This document shows positions 51,701-64,000 of a stretch of 64,000 nucleotides of DNA, one piece after another (position 1 is the first letter of the stretch; every line of letters begins with the position of its first letter). The position numbers and the translations under genes are program-made. Source of the stretch: Octopus sinensis (taxonomy: Eukaryota); assembly GCF_006345805.1 (NCBI RefSeq), contig NC_043019.1, forward strand, positions 19,219,360-19,283,359, written 5' to 3'. A model generated the notes under the pieces. It saw nothing but the letters and a program-made list of their open reading frames with translations, was not told where the DNA came from and did no database searches.

Positions 51701-53100
51701 GCCTGTTGAGGCAAGTGAAAATCAAAACAAATCAAAATAGATGAACATCAATGGAATCTGTATCTTTGTGGTACCAGTGCCTGTGGCACACAAGAAAACC
51801 ATCCGAACGTGGCCGTAGCCAGTACCGCAATCGACCGTGACTCCTACCTGGGACGTAGTCAGTCCACCTGTACATACCTTCCTTCTTGTGACACTTGTGA
51901 AGACCTGTTGAGGCAAGTGAAAATCAAATCAAAACAAATCAAAATAGATGAACATCAATGGAATTTGTATCTTTGTGGTACCAGTGCCGGTGGCACACAA
52001 GAATCCATCCGAACGTGGCCGTAGTCAGTACCGCATTACTGGCCATCGTGCAGTGGGCACATAACAAACACCATCCGATCGTGGCCGTTCGCCAGCCTCA
52101 TCTAGCACCTGTGTCGGTGGCACATAAAAACACCATCCGAAGACCCGGCAAGACTAGTCAGGCCATATCCCAAGGCCCCTACCTGGGACGTAGTCAGTCC
52201 ACCTGTACATACCTTCCTTCTTGTGACACTTGTGAAGACCTGTTGAGGCAAGTGAAAATCAAATCAAAACAAATCAAAATAGATGAACATCAATGGAATT
52301 TGTATCTTTGTGGTACCAGTGCCGGTGGCACACAAGAATCCATCCGAACGTGGCCGTAGTCAGTACCGCATTACTGGCCATCGTGCAGTGGGCACATAAC
52401 AAACACCATCCGATCGTGGCCGTTCGCCAGCCTCATCTAGCACCTGTGTCGGTGGCACATAAAAAAACACCATCCGAAGACCCGGCAAGACTAGTCAGGC
52501 CATATCCCATGGCCCCTACCTGGGACGTAGTCAGTCCACCTGTACATACCTTCCTTCTTGTGACACTTGTGAAGACCTGTTGAGGCAAGTGAAAATCAAA
52601 TCAAAACAAATCAAAATAGATGAACATCAATGGAATTTGTATCTTTGTGGTACCAGTGCCGGTGGCACACAAGAATCCATCCGAACGTGGCCGTAGTCAG
52701 TACCGCATTACTGGCCATCGTGCAGTGGGCACGTAACAAACACCATCCGATCATGGCCGTTTGCCAGCCTCATCTGGCACCTGTGTCGGTGGCACATAAA
52801 AACACCATCCGAGCATGGCCGTCTGCCAGCCTCGTCTGGCACCTGTGTCGGTGGCACATAAAAAACACCATCCGAGCGTGGCCGTTTGCCAGCCTCGTCT
52901 GACACCTGTGTCGGTGGCACATAAAACCACCCACTACACTCTCGGAGTGGTTGGCGTTAGGAAGGGCATCCAGCTGTAGAAACACTGCCAGATCTGACTG
53001 GACTGGTGCAGCTTTCGGGCTCCCCAGACCCCAGTTGAACCGTCCAACCCATGCTAGCATGGAAAGCGGACGTTAAATGATGATGATGATGATGATGATG
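48782..53100 (+). mobile_element. RTE-clade LINE, 5'-truncated (ORF to 49537), with 3' UTR expanded into about 3.4 kb of tandem units and (TGA)n tail
   Basis: The 208-aa C-terminal ORF is near-identical to the minus copy. GAAGACCTGTTGAGGCAAGTGAAAATC-type units recur about 11 times at about 206 and about 335 bp spacings. Confidence 0.93.
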
Positions 53101-53225
53101 ATAACATGGGAATATTATCTGTATGGACTTCAAGTGCTTGGTTCCGATATATGTGTGTGTGTAAATTAAATTAGAGATAAAACCACTATTAGGCAAATCA
53201 AACAGTGACAAACATAAGCTAAAAC

Positions 53226-53227
<2 letters not shown>

Positions 53228-53290
<63 letters not shown>

Positions 53291-53297
53291 GTATATG

Positions 53298-53346
<49 letters not shown>

Positions 53347-53372
53347 ATGTATATATATATATACATATATAC

Positions 53373-53437
<65 letters not shown>

Positions 53438-53635
53438 AAGTAGATAAATGAATTATCTTATTACGGATAATTCAAATGATAACCGATACCTGGGTAGCAA
53501 AAATCACAACAGAAAAAGCACGGTTGAAGTTACGACCATGGGGCATAAAATCCGTGCCTTAGTGCGGAAATTTGAAGTTTTATATATTAATATTCCTACA
53601 CTTAATATATATATATGTATATATGTCTATATATA

Positions 53636-53686
<51 letters not shown>

Positions 53687-53775
53687 ATATGTATATATGT
53701 ATATATATATGTGTGTGTGTATATGTATATATATATGTATATATAAGTGTATATATATATGTATATGTATATATA

Positions 53776-53836
<61 letters not shown>

Positions 53837-53900
53837 TAAGTGTATATATATGTGTGTGTATATATATATATATACATCCACATATATATACGTATATACA
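53228..53900. repeat. (TA)n/(TATG)n microsatellite blocks
   Basis: Directly visible; source of several spurious Y/I-rich ORFs. Confidence 0.95.
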
Positions 53901-54230
53901 CACATTCACATATATAAACATACTTACACTTGCACGCATATACATACACAGATGCTCATGTGCACATGCCCATGGTTATATATATATATGTATAAATCTA
54001 CTTACATATACACACAATCACATGCACACACTCATATCCATACATGTAAATGCATATATTTTCACACACACACGCGCACACACGCATGTAAAGGAATAAG
54101 TGTGGCTGTGTGGTAAGAAGTTTGCTTCCCAACCCCAGGGTTCCAGGTTCAAGTGACTTCTCCTATAGCCATGGACCAACTGAAGCCTTATGAGTGGATT
54201 TGGTAGATGGAAACAGAAAGAAGCCCATCG

Positions 54231-54262
<32 letters not shown>

Positions 54263-54548
54263 AAGGTAAAGACCCCTTTCAGTCTTAAATGATCTTGGGA
54301 TTGCACCTAGAAAGTCCCCCTTCGAGGCACAAGCCTGGGCAAGGTTGTCCATGGAAGACCAGCAGCCTCCCCTCTCCATGCCAGGCAAAGGCACCAGTGA
54401 CATCGCAACTCATTTCTACAGCTGAGTGAACTGGAGCAACGTGAAATAAAGTGTCTTGCTCAAGAACACAACACACAGCCTGCTCTGGGAATTGAACTCA
54501 CTATTTCTAGATTGTGAGCCCGACACTCTAACCACTGAGCCCTGCGTC

Positions 54549-54583
<35 letters not shown>

Positions 54584-55534
54584 GACTAAATCGAACCTAG
54601 GTAGATCAATACATTGGAAGTGGAGACAAGTGGCTTGGTGGTTAGGGTGTTGGACTCATGATTGTGGGATTGTGATTTCAATTCCTGGACCGGGCGATGT
54701 TACTCCAGTCCACTCAGCGGGCAAAAATGAGTAACACTGCAACAGACCGGTGTCCCATCTAGGTGGGGGATGGGGACATATACATCATTGGAACTGGGAA
54801 ACCATCATGAGCCTGGTATCACTCGAGAAGGAGACATTTTTATTTTACATCAACACAGAGGACGCTAGAAATGGCCGTGTATAATAATGTAGGGTTCACA
54901 GTGAAGTAGAACAACAAATGAAAGCGTTGTGTTTTGGTAGGAGACTCTAAATATGTAAGTACTGAATCCAGTTAAACCCGGAGATCCAACTCAGGACTGG
55001 TTCGAGGAACAGTGTAAGGATAAAAAAAGAACACAAAGAGGGTTTTAAATTTTGGAAGAATTTTATTGATGTATTCATAGCATTTAATTCCACCATCTTC
55101 AGGTAAAATTTTAAACACATATAAACAGATAAAAAGCAGTTGCAAACGTTGGGCTTCATGGTGGTAATGACACGTGGCTGAAACCCTTGGTAATATACCA
55201 TGCTCAGATCGTAATGGTGGCCAATGTTGGATTGTGTGACTGGCAGCACTTAAAGCACATCCCTCCGTTCTTGGCGTTAGGAAGGGCATCCAGCCATAGA
55301 AACCTTGCCAGATCAGATTGGAACCTGGTGCAGCTGCCCAGTTTTCAATCAAGCTGTCCAACCCATGCCAGCATGAAAAAATGGACGTCAAGTGATGATG
55401 ATGACATATACATAGCTTACAGTTGTTAGCCAACCCTCTAACACCATGCTCCATGCTCTGTCCTCTCACTACTCTGCTCCTCCCGTTTTGTTGTACTGTA
55501 CTTCTGAAAGAAATCTCTTCCTTATATGTTGTAT

Positions 55535-55870
55535 TAGCGCAGCTGTGTGGTAAGAAGCTTGCTTCCCCACCACATGGTTCAGGGTTCAGTCCCACTGCGT
55601 GGCATCTTGGGCAAGTGTCTTCTACTATAGCCTTGGGCCGACTAAAACCTTGTGGGATTTGGTAGACGGAAACTGAAAGAAGCCCGTCGTATATATATTT
55701 ATGTATGTATGTATGTATGTATGTATATGTATATATTTGTGTTTACATTCCTGTAACTTAGCGTTTCGGCAAAAGAGAATAAGAACTAGGCTTACAAAGA
55801 ATAAGTCAATTTGTTCGACAAAAGGCCGTGCTCCAGCATGGCCGCAGTCAAATGAAAACAAGTAAAATAA
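55535..55870 (+). mobile_element. tRNA-derived SINE (family A)
   Basis: GCGCAGCTGTGTGGTAAGAAGCTTGC...GGTTCAGTCCCACTGCG, homologous to 105-500. Confidence 0.75.
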
Positions 55871-55981
55871 TTGTTACTATTTAGTGTCAATTTCCCCACC
55901 AAGCTAGGAATTCACAGGTGTAGATAACTCTTGCCTTACTCCATTCAATATATTTCAGACTTATCTTCCCTGTTTAGGAAA

Positions 55982-56012
<31 letters not shown>

Positions 56013-56269
56013 GTTTGTGTGTGTGTGGGGGGGGGGAGAATGTTTGTTTTCTAGCAACGAAGCGGGCACTATGGCAACAAACATGACTAACCACTATAGT
56101 TATTGTATATTTATTTATCCAAGCACATAACAGAAACGCATGCGAATGGTGACGTGCGCGCCGCACACATTTATTCTCCAAGCTTTGCGGTTTCAATTAT
56201 GATTCCTAACCAACGTCTGTAAGTAAATGCGGTTTTTTTTTCACACTTCATATATGTAAGAGCATCATT

Positions 56270-56311
56270 TACATATCTGAGTATATATATATAAGAAATA
56301 TATATATATAG

Positions 56312-56343
<32 letters not shown>

Positions 56344-56362
56344 TTATATGTATATATATATT

Positions 56363-56395
<33 letters not shown>

Positions 56396-56432
56396 TATAT
56401 TATATATATATATATACTATATACATATATTC

Positions 56433-56493
<61 letters not shown>

Positions 56494-56563
56494 ATATATA
56501 TATATATATTATACGTATATATATATATTCTATATATATATATATATATATATCATAATATTA

Positions 56564-56601
<38 letters not shown>

Positions 56602-56621
56602 ATTTAGGATGGTCATTTTGC

Positions 56622-56652
<31 letters not shown>

Positions 56653-56739
56653 CCACGCACACACATACACACATGTGGTATATATATATATATCATATAT
56701 ATATATATATATATGTATATGGTTATATATATATATATA
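56270..56739. repeat. (TA)n microsatellite
   Basis: Directly visible. Confidence 0.95.
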
Positions 56740-58008
56740 CAGGGGTTGGACAGAATAATGGAACACCTGGCATCATAGCATCATAATTTTGAAATATTTA
56801 TAAAACTGTCAAAAGCTTGTTTATTTTTATGTTTTTTTTTATTTATTGTTAGTGTTGCTTAATATGATTTGCTAAAATTGTTGTTCTTTTCAGATATCAT
56901 TAGAAAAAAGTTAATTAAAATTCATTAAATGACAGATCTATCGAACTTTCAAAGAGATCAATTGTTGGTGCTCGTATGGCAGGCGCTAGCATAGTGAAAA
57001 CAGCCAAAATGTTTGGTGTATCAAGAAGTACTGTCTCGAAAGTAATGACAGCCTTTGAGAAAGAGGGAAAAGCTTCCTCGTTGAAACAAAACTCCAGAAG
57101 AAAACCAAAACTTTCAGATAGGGACCATCGGACTCTTATGCGAATTTAGAAAGGATCACAAAAGTAAAGTTCCCAAAATGACTACAGAGCTTAAGGACCA
57201 CCTTGAGAACCCAGTTTCCACTAAAACTATTCGCCGGGAGCTGCACAAAGCCAGATTTCATGGGCGGGCTGCATTCAGAAAAATCACTACTTTCAAAAAC
57301 AAACGCTGCAAAGCTTTTAGAGTGGAGTAAAAACCTACAGAATTGGTCCCTAGAGCAGTGGAAGAATGTTATTTTCTCGGACAAGTCATCCTTTACCTTA
57401 TTTCCGACCACCGGCTGAATATAAGTGTGGAGACAGCCAAAAGAAGCATTTGACCTAGACTGCCTTCTTCCAACTGTTAAACATGGAGGAAGATCTGTTA
57501 GGATCTGGGCTGGGGGGAGGGGCTATATCTTGGAAATCTGCCGCCCCAATGGTTTCCCTTCATGGCAGAATTAATAGTCAAGACTATTTAAGCATTTTAT
57601 CTGACCAAATTCATCCTATGGTTGCAGAACTGTTTCTGGAGGGAAACACAATCTTTCAGGATGATAATGCACCAATTGACACTGCTAAAGTTGTTACTGA
57701 ATGGCATGAGGAACATTCTAGTGAAGTTGAACATCTTATCTGGCCACCACAATCCCAGATCTCAATGTTATTGAAGATTTATGGTGCATTTTAGAATGGA
57801 GTCGATATCCTCCACCATCATCACTACAAGAACTGGAGACTGTTTTAGTTGAAGAATGGACAAAAATTCCTTTGCAAACAATTCAAACTTTGTACAAGTC
57901 CATCATCTTGTAGAATTCAAGCAATAATTACTGCCAAAGGCATCCTACTCCATATTAAGATAAATTTGTTTGAAATTTTAATGCTTCCATTATTTTGTCC
58001 AACTCCTG
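56740..58008 (+). mobile_element. Tc1-like (DD34E) transposon, full length, frameshifted
   Basis: TA-flanked TIRs CAGGGGTTGGACAGAATAATGGAA / TTCCATTATTTTGTCCAACTCCTG. Remnants MTDLSNFQR..VGARMAGAS, VIFSDKSSF, FQDDNAPI, WPPQS..LNVIE. Confidence 0.92.
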
Positions 58009-58179
58009 TATATATATATTATAGAGTCTCTTATATAATATATACATATTTATTATAGAGCTTCTTTCGGATTTATGTTTTTTACAAACGATATATGTAT
58101 GTATGTACATATATTTGCAAACAGGCCTCTCTCTCTTCCTCCATATATATATATATATATATCTTCGACCACGTTTGGT

Positions 58180-58610
58180 TGGTGCTTTATACGTGTCCAC
58201 GGCACGGGGAGCCAGTCAGGCAGCACTGGCACCAGCCACAGCTACAATTTCCATTTGACTGTGATTTTATTTTGATTTTATTTGACTCATTAGGTCTCCT
58301 CAAACAATTCAAAGGTACTTTTTAAGTTGGCTGCTTATGTGAAGCTGGTGTATGCTACAGCTGTGATCTCACTTTACTTGCTGCCTTTTCCCAATCACAG
58401 CATATCTCCAGAGGTCTCGGTCCTTCGTCATTTGCATTGTGAGGCCCAATGTTCGAAGGTCATGCTTCACCACCTCATCCCATGTCTTCCTGGGTCTCCC
58501 TCTATCATCGGTTCCTTCCACTGTTAGGGAGCGACACTTCTTTACACAGCTCTCCTCATCCATATGCAGCACATGACCATACCAGTGCAGTTGTCTCTCT
58601 TGCACACCAT
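58180..58610 (-). mobile_element. RTE LINE 3' fragment
   Basis: QERQLHWYGHVL...GRPRKTWDEVVKHDLRTL. Confidence 0.8.
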
Positions 58611-59292
58611 ATATATATATAAATGTACCTATAAAGTACCTATATGTGTATATATATATATAATATATATATAATATATAATATGTATATATATATATAT
58701 ATATATATGATAATATGTATTATTATTTGTTGTATTTCGGATGGTCGTTTTGCCAGTTTAGCCAATAAAAACACATGCATTATATATTTGGTGTTATTTA
58801 TTTTTTACATTAATCTTAATCTTATTTCGGTCAGAGTTCTTTCGTTGCACTCCTGTGACCGCATCAGTGGTCCTTTGTTTTCTTCTTTCTTATTTGTGTG
58901 TCTCTCCTTACTAACTGTCAGCCATTTTGTATTTCTATTGTATGTGTCTTCATTTGCACATGCTTATACCTCTATGTGCGTCTATGTTTAGTTAGTGTGT
59001 GTGTTGGGGGGGAAACTGCCACACAAATACACCTGAATATTTACAGAGATGAGTATTATGTTTCTGATATTTGAGTTATACTTAGAATACAAAATGTACT
59101 GTCACTGCTTTTCTTTCAAACATTCATATATATATATGTACTAAAAACCTATCCATTCTTGTTGCTTCTTTCTCGCTTATAATCACCCCACATTACTGTA
59201 TTGTTAAAACAGTATAGTTTTTTTTTGGTGCATCTAAGTTAGGTACCATATTCAAGTAAATTCATTTAAATTAACTGAATCTTTATTGCTTT

Positions 59293-59349
<57 letters not shown>

Positions 59350-59364
59350 ATATATATATATCTA

Positions 59365-60298
59365 TGTAGTGGAGGTAGATGCTCAGAGAGTGTTACCACT
59401 AGAATAAGAATAGCCTGCGCCAAGTTTAGAAAGCTTCTACCCCTCTGGTGACAAAGGGTCATTCACTCAGAGTGAAAGGTAGATTCTACAATGCATGTGT
59501 GCGAACTGCCATGCTACATGGCAGTGAAACATGGGCTGTGACTGCAGAGGGCATGTGTAGGCTTGAAAGAAATGAAGCTAGCATGATTCGCTGGATGTGT
59601 AATGTCAGTGTGCATACAAGACAGAGTGTAAGTGTCCTGAGAGAAATGCTGGACATAAGAAGCATCGGATGTGGCATGCAAGAGAGATGTTTGCACTGGT
59701 ATGGTCATGTACTACAGATGGATGAGGAGAGATGTGTGAAGAAGTGCCACTCTCAAACAGTTGAAGGAATCCGAGGGAGAGGTAGACCCAGGAAGACATG
59801 GGATGTGGTGGTCAAGCATGACCTTCGAATGTTGGGCTTCACAGAGGCAATGACGAAGGACCGAGATCTCTGGAGATATGCTGTGACTGCGAAGACCCTA
59901 CAAATAACGTGAGTTCATGGCTGTTTCCTGCACCAGTTTCGCATAGCCCCAGCCCATCCAAAGTACCTTAGATCACAGAATGGCCTGCTGTGCTTACCTT
60001 GGATCGTAGGGTGACCTGCTGTGCTTGAGGAGACCTATTGAGTCAATTACATCAACATCACAATAAATAAATATCAAATGGAAATTGTAGTTGTGATACC
60101 TGTGCCGATGGCACATAAAAAGCACCCAGTACACTCACGGAGTGGTTGGCATTAGGAAAGGCATCCAGCTGTAGAAACACTGCCAGATCAGACTGGAGTC
60201 TGGTGCAGCCTCCTGGCTTCCCAGACCCCAGTTGAACCATCCAACCTATGCTAGCATGGAAAACGGACATTAAATGATGATGATGATGATGATAATGA

Positions 60299-60300
<2 letters not shown>
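59365..60300 (+). mobile_element. RTE LINE 3' fragment with UTR and (TGA)n tail
   Basis: 154-aa ORF 59448-59912 (AMLHGSETW, LHWYGHV). Confidence 0.85.
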
Positions 60301-60331
<31 letters not shown>

Positions 60332-60335
<4 letters not shown>

Positions 60336-61342
60336 GTCATCCCATAAGTAATGCGTTTTTTTAATATTTCTTTTATTTTCACAATTAAGATTTTAATCTA
60401 AAATATATATCTATCAGGCAGACTTGCAAAGCCTCCCTTCTAAAATTCACTTGTCCATGACAAAAAATACATATCATCTACAGAATTCAAAATTTTCCCA
60501 TCTAAATGATTTTGAAGACTGCAATCATAATCATATGGGGCAATGTCTGACGAATATGGTGGGTGGGGCACCATTTCCCATTCAAACTTTGGAATATCAT
60601 CCTTGCTGTAGGTAGCTGAGCATTATCCTGATGGAAGAACACCTTTTGTCTTGAAATCAAAGATGATCATTTTTCTTTTAGCGCTGACTTAAGCTGCTCA
60701 CAGTAGATCTTTGTTATCATTTGGTTTGGGTTTAAAAGTTCAAAGTGGACTAAACCTTTCATATCCTACCAAACAGATAATAACACGTTACATGGGTGAA
60801 GACCTTCTTTGGCCTGGGGTGCCAGTGTTTCTCCTTTCCCTACCCACTGTCTTAGGCACTTGATGTTTTCATAGAGAACCCATTTCTTGTCACCAGTCAC
60901 TATTCAGTTCCAAAAGGGTTCATTCGTGAGATGCGACAACAAAGAAGAGCACACATTCACCTTCTGCATGCGATTAAACTCAGAAAGTTTGTGAGGGACG
61001 CATTGACTCTATTTGCTGACTTTTCTGATGGCACGCTGGGGTTGAATGGTTGAATGACCAAATCCAACCTTCTCTGCTAGTTCCTCAGCAGTTTCAATGG
61101 AATTTTGTTCCACCAGGGTTTGTAGGACGTCCTAATCAAGCTCTACCGATCTTACAGGAAAAGGCTCGTCTTCTAGGCTGTAGTTTCTGGCTTGGAATTT
61201 CTGGAACCACCTTTGACACTAACTTACACTTATTGTCTGATCTCCATATACTGCATTAATATTCCTCACACTTTCCATTGCATCGTTGCCTTTATTGAAC
61301 TCATAAGGCAAAATATGCCAAATATGTTCCTTTGTCCAACTT
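60332..61342 (-). mobile_element. Mariner (same family as 9892-11172), 5' end missing
   Basis: One TIR TTGGGTCATCCCATAAGTAATGCG after TA; antisense transposase remnant homologous to the 9.9-kb copy. Confidence 0.85.
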
Positions 61343-61414
61343 GGTGCATACATGCATACATATATAATATATATAATAATATATATATATATATTAATAT
61401 ATATATATACATAC

Positions 61415-61448
<34 letters not shown>

Positions 61449-61877
61449 AGCATTATTAAATATCAGAATGAGATGTAACAGTAATCTCTCGACAATGTAA
61501 AGTATAAAAGCCATCTCAATATGGCTAACCACAAAGGGGAGGGGGGGTTACTGTAGCTTTTTTTGCCGATGACACTCCCCGGACTCTAAGTAAGGCATGT
61601 GTAAAAGTTGAATGAAATTTGTTGTGTAGTTCTCAAGTTTTAGGGAAACACACAGATAGACACACTTCTCAGTTTTTTATGTATATTATATATATATAAT
61701 TATATTTTTATATATATATATATTATATATATATATTATACACATATACATACATATACATATTATATATATATATGGTTTTACTCTTTATCTTATATTA
61801 AACTTTTTAATACTTTTGATATTTATATTTATTAAAAAATAAGTAAAATAAATAAATAATAATAATATAAAAATAAA

Positions 61878-61975
<98 letters not shown>

Positions 61976-62182
61976 AATTTATAAGTATAATTAATAATTT
62001 AAATAATTTTAAATTTTAACTTGAAATTTAAATAATTTAAATTTTGAATTTTATATTTTATATATTTTGTATATTATATTAATTTAATTTTTATTCTATG
62101 TATTGGTTTATGTTTTTCACTGTTTGATTTGCCTAATAGTGGTTTTATCTCTAATTTAATATATATATATACATATATATAT

Positions 62183-62314
62183 ATTTATTATATAGAAGGA
62201 GCTTCTACAGGACTAGTACTGTTTCATTCAAGAGAAATCTTCAGGAAGCTATTTAACAAGAACTCTTGAATGAAACAGTACTAGTCCTGTAGAAGCTCCT
62301 TCTATATAATAAAT
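62183..62314. repeat. Perfect 52-bp inverted repeat with 28-nt spacer
   Basis: Arms 62183-62234 and 62263-62314 were checked base by base. Confidence 0.95.
62200..62250 (-). ncRNA. Type I hammerhead ribozyme motif (Penelope-type)
   Basis: The minus strand reads AGCTTC-CTGAAGA-TTTCTCTTGAAT-GAAA-CAG TACTAGTC CT-GTA|GAAGCT. Stem I is 6 bp, the core is intact, stem III is 4 bp with an ACTAGT palindrome in the loop, and the triplet is GUA. Stem II is weak. Confidence 0.7.
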
Positions 62315-62643
62315 TAATTTTACTCTGCTATGTATTGAGTACCTTACTTACTGTGGTTAACCCCGGATCACCCGGGACCTACAGATACATATATATATAT
62401 ATATATATACATGTAATATATACAGACATGTATATATATATATATTACATGTAATTATATACATATATATATATATATATACATGTATATATATATATAC
62501 ATGTGGTGTGTATATATACATATACATATAATATATTAATATATATATATATATATATATCATGATTCAAAATGTGACCGCGTGTGTACCGTTGGTGATT
62601 TTTTTCCTTCGTCTTCCCTTCCTTGGATCTTTCCTTTTTCTAT

Positions 62644-62678
62644 GTTTCTGACGAAGGGCTCCACTTGAAATGTTAAAT
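62644..62678 (+). ncRNA. Minimal type I hammerhead motif, degenerate
   Basis: GTTT-CTGACGA-AGGGCTCCACTT-GAAA-TGTT|AAAT. Stem III has no loop (it would need dimerisation) and the wobbles suggest decay. Confidence 0.45.
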
Positions 62679-62769
62679 CCTCCTTCTTTCCTTCCTTTCC
62701 TAGACTTGTTCCACATCCTTGCGCTGTTGTGTTTTCTCTTTGTGTTTTCATGTTGGGATTAACGACATG

Positions 62770-62803
<34 letters not shown>

Positions 62804-63096
62804 TGTATGTATGTATGTATGTGTGTGTTGTGTGTGTGTATGTGTGTATGTATGTATCTGTGTGTGTGTCAAAACAACTGGTTTTGATGTTATGTGTCCC
62901 TGTTAGCAGTTCAGTAAAAAAGAAGAATCCATAGAATAAGTGCGAGGCTTAAACAAGAGGGTCCTGTGGTTGATTTGTTCAACTAAAACCGTTCAAGGCA
63001 GTTCTTCAGTCAAATGACTGAAACAAGTAAAAGAATAACAGAATAATGGAATACATATCATACAAATTCTCTGTAGCTTATAAACGGTGAAAGGAG

Positions 63097-63390
63097 TCAC
63101 TTGGCGAGTTCCCATTGTTTTCTCCCTGCCTGTTTGAAATCATTCCCTTGCACGTATTGCACAGTTATTTTGTAATGTTGCATCATCTTTAGGAGTGAAA
63201 ATTGGTCAGCATTGTTGTTGTTGTTGCTGGTGAAGTTGAGAAAGTGTGAAACACAGTCAGGTGGCAGCGTCTCTTCAAGAAATTTTCCCTCAAATTTGAA
63301 CTGATTGTAATTGAGGTTGCTAATAAAATATCCGAATAATTTTTGGTGTTTAACTATTAATATTCTTTTCTCTGTTGGATTCCAAATCAA
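63097..63390 (-). other. 97-codon ORF, possibly an eroded Penelope-like RT remnant
   Basis: Weak resemblance only: NYNQFKFEGKF, and after a frameshift Q.G..TMGTR (cf. PLE RT motif Q..G.AMG). It is close to hammerhead motifs. Confidence 0.2.
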
Positions 63391-63691
63391 TTTTTTCCCA
63401 CACTAATTATCTACTTTGATAATTTCCAAGTTGCCAAAAAGATGCTTACAATGGGGTAAATTCTTTTTTTTTTTTTTTTGAATGCATACTTTGCCAAAAT
63501 GCACACATCTGTGTCTGCCGATGGTCAAACAACACTTTGGAATGTAACTCCTTTCTGGAAAATTCTCCCCTGATTAAATACCTAATTAACCAGTTTCAAT
63601 ATGAAAATTTTAAGTTAATTTAATTTCTCTAATTGAATTAATTGGCTATGGAAATAGCTGTTTATTTTTTTAATGTTTAATTCATGCCTAT

Positions 63692-63777
63692 ACTCACCTG
63701 ATGAAAACAGTTTCTTTCACATGATGTAATAATTTTAATTATCAATAAAAAACATGTCTGAAACAGCTGTAGTGAGT
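63692..63777 (+). ncRNA. Type I hammerhead ribozyme motif with long AT-rich stem II
   Basis: ACTCAC-CTGATGA-[55 nt, imperfect AAACAGTTT/AAACATGTCT stem]-GAAA-C AGCT GTA|GTGAGT. Stem I is 6 bp, stem III is the palindrome ACAGCTGT, and the triplet is GUA. Confidence 0.72.
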
Positions 63778-64000
63778 GAACTGCTATCTATCTGTTGTTA
63801 TTTGTTTGTATATATGCATATATGTATATATATAACTGTCTGAAATGGTCATGACTTCTGGTACTTGACTGATGAAAGAAAGCCAAGAATGACCTGTCTT
63901 TTTTTTACCTGTCCTTCTAATTGTTGTTTCTCTTGGCCGCCTTTGTGTCATCTATCTGTCCGAACGTTTTAATGCACCTAATTGCGCTTTTCTTCCATTT

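Noticed and set aside
49643-53060. Many repeated 60-136 aa ORFs on both strands (also 42.1-43.9 kb)
   Set aside because: Chance frames in tandem RTE 3' UTR units, with frames shifting between units.

Overview
AT-rich, repeat-dense animal genomic DNA. The SINE, LINE and microsatellite content suggests an octopus (inference). The main host feature is the internal part of one + strand gene built from nine tandemly duplicated, symmetric phase 1-1 exons at 3.2-35.9 kb. Eight are intact and splice into an open frame of about 560 aa; one carries a nonsense codon. The exons encode a dynein light chain LC8/DYNLL-type QT motif (consensus D-[VLM]-[SG]-[VM]-Q-T) plus a putative beta-hairpin module, and the first five exons add HxC. 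The introns and 3' region hold a degenerate Ty3/gypsy LTR element, three mariner copies, a Tc1, a Chapaev3-like transposon, and RTE, Tx1/L1-clade and RLE-type LINE remnants. They also hold two arrays of an 85-bp satellite and two RTE copies whose 3' UTRs have expanded into tandem arrays. Three different type I hammerhead ribozyme motifs of Penelope type lie within 62.2-63.8 kb, one overlapping a perfect 52-bp inverted repeat. No start exon was found and the terminal exon is only tentative. All calls were made by eye with no alignments or database searches; repeat boundaries are approximate, while exon and ribozyme coordinates were counted directly.
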